Of a DNA stretch of 64,000 bases, positions 60,286 to 64,000 are shown piece after piece. Made by a program: the position numbers and the translations under genes. Source of the stretch: Candidatus Roizmanbacteria bacterium (GTDB taxonomy: Bacteria; Patescibacteriota; Microgenomatia; UBA1406). Where the stretch lies: NCBI GenBank assembly GCA_024654535.1, contig JANLHL010000042.1, positions 13,312 through 77,311 of the forward strand. The letters are read 5' to 3'. The notes below the pieces were generated by a model, which had not been told where the DNA came from, did no database searches, and was given only the letters and a program-made list of their open reading frames with translations. Numbering within the stretch: position 1 is the stretch's first letter; each line of letters starts with the position of its first letter.

Positions 60286-62325
60286 TTATTTAACACTTTT
60301 TTGTAACTGTTGTAAATACTTTTTTGCATCGGGATAATCTCTCTTTAATTGTAACGTTTTATTCAGTAATTGCACAGCTTTTTCTTTGTCAGATTCAGAC
60401 TGTATGAGCGCCTCAGCATAAAAGTTTCTCGGATCTGTAGGTGCTATTTTTTGAGCTTGTTCAAAATCTTTGAGGGCTGTTTGAAAAAAAGATTTGCTTT
60501 TCTTGTCATCGTCGGCAAACACAAGGCTTAAAAGGTAATCTGTTTTTCCAGCAGTTCTCCAGTAATTCACATTGAACGGTGATACTGATAAAATTTCTTT
60601 TCGTGCATTTTGTGCTTGTTTCGCAAAGTTTTGGGCATTCTTTTTATCTCCACTAGTTGAAGAATAAAGAGCAATTTGAGCCGATAAATAGGCCTGTTCG
60701 TCGGCATAACTTGGTTCATATCGTGTATCGATCGCTTTTTGTATCATCGTATAGGCATTTGAAATATCATCCTGTTGGCTGTATTTTTTTGAAAGCGCAT
60801 AGTATTTGTCCGCATTGTAGTAGTCGGCAACAGAGGCAACTGCATAGGTAAGAAGCATGAGAAAGAATATATATAACCATTTTGGTGGGCGTGGAACAGT
60901 TTTAAACTGTGGCTTTGTAATAAGAAGAATCAAAAAAGGAATGAGATAAAAATATAAGTTGATGGTCGTTGTTGAAAAGCCAAAGAAATTCGTCACAAAT
61001 ATGGCGCTCAATATGCTGAGTGCGAGTATCCCAGTATGTTTATAGCGAGAATCATGTCGTAGAGTGTACAGCGCGAGCCATACGACAGCACCAAAAAAAA
61101 GTAAATACGTGCTGACCCCAACAAAACCGCTCGTAGCTGCATAATTAAGCACTTCGTTATGCGCTTTGTTATATACGTAATTCCATTCTGATGTGGCATT
61201 ATGGGCTAAGGGGCGAGTGAAATAGTATGAGTAAGCAAATGTTTCAACACCACTACCTAAAAGAGGGTAGCGTTGTGCAACGTCTAATGCACCTCTCCAT
61301 ACGATGAGACGAATGACAGAGGAGGGGGTTATTACTTCATTATTCGCCGTTGTTATTTTTTCCTGACTTGCTTGTTGTTCAGTTGTTGGTACGAATTCGA
61401 ATTCGTTGCGTATCATTGGTCCAATGCTAAAGAGTGCCATGCTTGCAATAATAAACACAACAAGAGCTACTTTTTTTCGCAGTTTTATACTATACGCGAG
61501 CCATAAAGCAGCGATGATACCAAACGCGATATATGCAGAACGAGACCGCGTCCATACCATTTCAAGACTGTACAATATGGCACACGTCGTTAAGAAGATA
61601 GTATTTATGAGTGCTGAGAATTTGGTAGCCAATTTTTGTTCCGTAACAACAAAGTAGAGTACAAGTGAGAGCTGTATCAACAGGTAAGCAGCAAACCAAT
61701 TGGGTTGTCCCAGTGTACCAAAAATACGCTGAGTTGGATCAAATGAATTTGTCCAGCACGCTGCATTGAACTGTTTTGATGTAATAAAGCAAATAATGTC
61801 ATAGCCAAAATGAGAGGGAAGTGCCCACAGTGCAGTTACTATTCCGCCGAAAATTCCCCAGCGAAATACTGTGTGGATATCCTTTCGTAAAAGTAGGACA
61901 TATGTGCTTATACCGAGTGCGTTATACGCAAGCAAAGACATGAGTCCACCGTTGAATCGCGAATAGTATCCGTAGAGAGAAACATGTTTATCTATAGAAA
62001 AGTATGTTGAAGCTATTTGAGAGAGAATAAATAAACCAAGGCTTCCCAACAGTATTTTTAAACGCATTGGAAGTGGCAAACGTTGCTTGGAATAATAATA
62101 AATGCGGTATGCAGTTATCGGTATGAGTCCAAGTGCATAGAGATAAATACTAAGCATTTTAGGAAATTCAAATAACTCGTTCGATTGGATAGAAAAAATC
62201 AGAGGAATTATAAAAAACATACTGCCGATAATGTGGGCGTATACATTCATGCAATCATGATAACATAACCCCATACTGTTTTCGACGAAGCCGAAACCTG
62301 GGACAGAGCAAATATAAATATCCAA
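60286..62325 (-). CDS. O-antigen ligase/Wzy_C-family polytopic membrane protein fused to C-terminal TPR repeats
   Basis: More than 10 TM helices, Wzy_C-like loop WTRSRSAYIAFGI, and a C-terminal ~200 aa of TPR-like repeats (YYALSKKYSQQDDISNAYTMIQKAI...). The real start may be an internal ATG (62274 or 62250). Confidence 0.75.
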   Translation of the reverse strand: MDIYICSVPGFGFVENSMGLCYHDCMNVYAHIIGSMFFIIPLIFSIQSNELFEFPKMLSIYLYALGLIPITAYRIYYYSKQRLPLPMRLKILLGSLGLFILSQIASTYFSIDKHVSLYGYYSRFNGGLMSLLAYNALGISTYVLLLRKDIHTVFRWGIFGGIVTALWALPSHFGYDIICFITSKQFNAACWTNSFDPTQRIFGTLGQPNWFAAYLLIQLSLVLYFVVTEQKLATKFSALINTIFLTTCAILYSLEMVWTRSRSAYIAFGIIAALWLAYSIKLRKKVALVVFIIASMALFSIGPMIRNEFEFVPTTEQQASQEKITTANNEVITPSSVIRLIVWRGALDVAQRYPLLGSGVETFAYSYYFTRPLAHNATSEWNYVYNKAHNEVLNYAATSGFVGVSTYLLFFGAVVWLALYTLRHDSRYKHTGILALSILSAIFVTNFFGFSTTTINLYFYLIPFLILLITKPQFKTVPRPPKWLYIFFLMLLTYAVASVADYYNADKYYALSKKYSQQDDISNAYTMIQKAIDTRYEPSYADEQAYLSAQIALYSSTSGDKKNAQNFAKQAQNARKEILSVSPFNVNYWRTAGKTDYLLSLVFADDDKKSKSFFQTALKDFEQAQKIAPTDPRNFYAEALIQSESDKEKAVQLLNKTLQLKRDYPDAKKYLQQLQKSVK

Positions 62326-62371
62326 TTCGTCCTCGCTTTGAGAAAGTGCGAATGTATACTATACTGTACCC

Positions 62372-63457
62372 ATGCGAAGACGTAAAACTGTGTTTGGGAT
62401 GTATACACTAACTCGTGTATTCGATTGGTTTTCTACGCTGTTTGCAAATGTTCCTTTTGTTGGTGTTGATTTGGCGAGCGTGTCAACGCGTGTCTATTTA
62501 CAGGAAAAAGGAATAGTAGTGCGAGAGAAAACATATGCGGTTCGTAATCAGAAAAGTTCCACATTTATAGCGTTTGGGAATGAAGCATACGATATGGTTG
62601 GCAAAACACCTCCCGATCTTACCGTTTTTGCACCTATTGACAGGGGAAGGGTAAGTGACTTCGATGGACTTGTTTATTTTTTGCGACATGTACTAGAGCG
62701 CGCTTTTGCGCCATATCCTCAGTTTTCCCCAAATGCATTCAACATGATTATATCCGTCCCTATAGGATTGACAGAAGTAGAGGAAATGGCGCTCGTTGAA
62801 GTTGGTAAAAAAGTAGGTGGTAGAAAGGTACTAATAGTAGAAACACCTCTTGCAGCAGGATTTGGATTACGCTTACCTATAATGGAAAATATGGGTAATT
62901 GTATAGTAGATATTGGAGGTGGAACAACTGAAATAAGCGTACTGTCGCTTGGTGGAATTGTCGTATCTCGAGTATTAAAAATTGGTGGCATCGATTTTAA
63001 CGAGGCTATCATTAATTATTTGCGTATGCGCTACGGCATACTTATTGGCAATCCTTCGGCTGAAGAAATAAAGCTGTCATTGGGCTCTGTGTTGGAAAAT
63101 CAAGACTTTTCCTTGGATATTAGTGGTCGAAGCATAGAAACTGGCATGCCAAAAACGGTAAAGGTAAAAAACCATTTGCTGTATGAGCCACTGTATCCTT
63201 ACTTTGGTCAGATTCAAGACGCCATACGCGAGATTATAGAAGAAACGCCACCCGAGCTTATAACCGACATTACTAAGAAAGGAATCATCCTCTCTGGAAT
63301 GTCAGCAAAATTCATAGATTTAGCGAAATATTTATCACGTGATTTAGGTATGAGTGTTGTTTTAAGCGATGATCCTGCAGATAGTGTGGTAAAAGGTTTG
63401 GGCTGGCTTATCGAGCATCCTCTCATCATGGAGAAGGTAGTAATAAAATTTAATTAG
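62372..63457 (+). CDS. Divergent MreB/actin-like ATPase paralog
   Basis: VGVDLASVSTRVY, VDIGGGTTEISVLSLGGIV and ILSGMSAKFIDL. Start 62372 is supported by TATACT-gtaccc-ATG. Confidence 0.8.
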   Translation: MRRRKTVFGMYTLTRVFDWFSTLFANVPFVGVDLASVSTRVYLQEKGIVVREKTYAVRNQKSSTFIAFGNEAYDMVGKTPPDLTVFAPIDRGRVSDFDGLVYFLRHVLERAFAPYPQFSPNAFNMIISVPIGLTEVEEMALVEVGKKVGGRKVLIVETPLAAGFGLRLPIMENMGNCIVDIGGGTTEISVLSLGGIVVSRVLKIGGIDFNEAIINYLRMRYGILIGNPSAEEIKLSLGSVLENQDFSLDISGRSIETGMPKTVKVKNHLLYEPLYPYFGQIQDAIREIIEETPPELITDITKKGIILSGMSAKFIDLAKYLSRDLGMSVVLSDDPADSVVKGLGWLIEHPLIMEKVVIKFN

Positions 63458-63463
63458 GTACTA

Positions 63464-63886
63464 CTATTCCCACACAATGTTTAGGGTTGAAGGGTCTATT
63501 TTTTTACCTATCCACCAGTCTAAGGCATTTTTTTTTGCCTCTTCTTTATTTTCACCGTAGAGAGTGATGGTATATACATAGTCTCCTGCATAGTTAATCA
63601 TAAAAGACGGTTCTTTATGTGGCATTAGGTAAAGAAGAGGAGTCTGTTTTTTATAGTCTATTAGAGATTTTTCATATTCTATATCGAGCTTACCTTGTTT
63701 TGTAGCATTTGTGATTATTTCCTGTGGAAGTGTAGGAATTAACGTGGGCGAGGTGTTTATATTTGTTATTAATTTTTTATCATTACGTCGGATAAGTAAA
63801 AAAATTCCTGTTGCAAAAAAAACACTAATTAATAAAAATATAACAATCCTTTTGCTTAATGGTAAATATTTATAAAACATATCCAA
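63464..63886 (-). CDS. Membrane-anchored hypothetical protein (140 aa)
   Basis: TM IVIFLLISVFFATGIFLLI. The ATG lies inside the last codons of the upstream partial ORF. Confidence 0.55.
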   Translation of the reverse strand: MDMFYKYLPLSKRIVIFLLISVFFATGIFLLIRRNDKKLITNINTSPTLIPTLPQEIITNATKQGKLDIEYEKSLIDYKKQTPLLYLMPHKEPSFMINYAGDYVYTITLYGENKEEAKKNALDWWIGKKIDPSTLNIVWE

Positions 63887-64000
63887 ATCCGATCGTCTTA
63901 TGATCTGTACTGTTAACGTTGTCTACAGTATATATTGTTTCGCCAGTATTCTCATCTTTTGAAGTTGTTAAACCTAACCAAACACATTTACGTGAATTAT
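63876..64000 (-). CDS. Partial CDS (C-terminal end; begins beyond window end), unknown function
   Basis: Own translation, open from the window edge: ...NSRKCVWLGLTTSKDENTGETIYTVDNVNSTDHKTIGFGYVL*. The stop overlaps the start region of 63464..63886. Confidence 0.35.

Overview
This is an AT-rich, tightly packed bacterial window with about 70 supported protein genes, 3 tRNAs and no rRNA, CRISPR array or transposase. The gene content suggests a Candidate Phyla Radiation / Patescibacteria (Microgenomates-like) genome; that taxonomic call is inference only. Supporting content: an archaeal-type TyrRS, an RRM protein, ComEC/ComEA, a sortase, many membrane-anchored or secreted Pro/Thr-linker proteins, no respiratory genes, and many leaderless starts.

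Housekeeping genes: leuS, tyrS, ndk, two mreB paralogs, fmt, def, pth, tatD, pepP, trxA, rplJ-rplL, rpmB-rpmG (rpmG is absent from the ORF track), a short holB, galT, an M16 peptidase and an M50 protease.

Accessory highlights:
1. 20.7-22.5 kb: a cobalamin-riboswitch-like leader built from four interchangeable ACGTTC/GAACGT hairpins, in front of an uncharacterised 487-aa zinc-ribbon protein.
2. 41.4-46.5 kb: a duplicated [TasA-like subunit + SipW-type signal peptidase] operon, coupled to a 711-aa protein of unknown function.
3. 56.3-62.3 kb: a cohesin/dockerin surface-protein operon with an IPNTG-anchored member and a Wzy_C/TPR membrane protein.
4. 23.5-28.1 kb: a three-piece ATP-citrate-lyase (or citryl-CoA synthetase/lyase) gene set, interrupted by unrelated genes.
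5. 1-1653 and 7175-9113: two inverted copies of a WxL-like/DUF916-like surface two-gene cassette, flanking the competence genes.
6. Two paralogous fusions of a nucleoside-2-deoxyribosyltransferase-like domain to a ribbon-helix-helix domain.
7. A family of mosaic intergenic repeats; one copy appears to encode a signal peptide.
8. A pervasive TGnTATACT-N6-ATG leaderless promoter signature, which also refines many start codons.

All homology statements come from motif recognition by eye. No database search was run.
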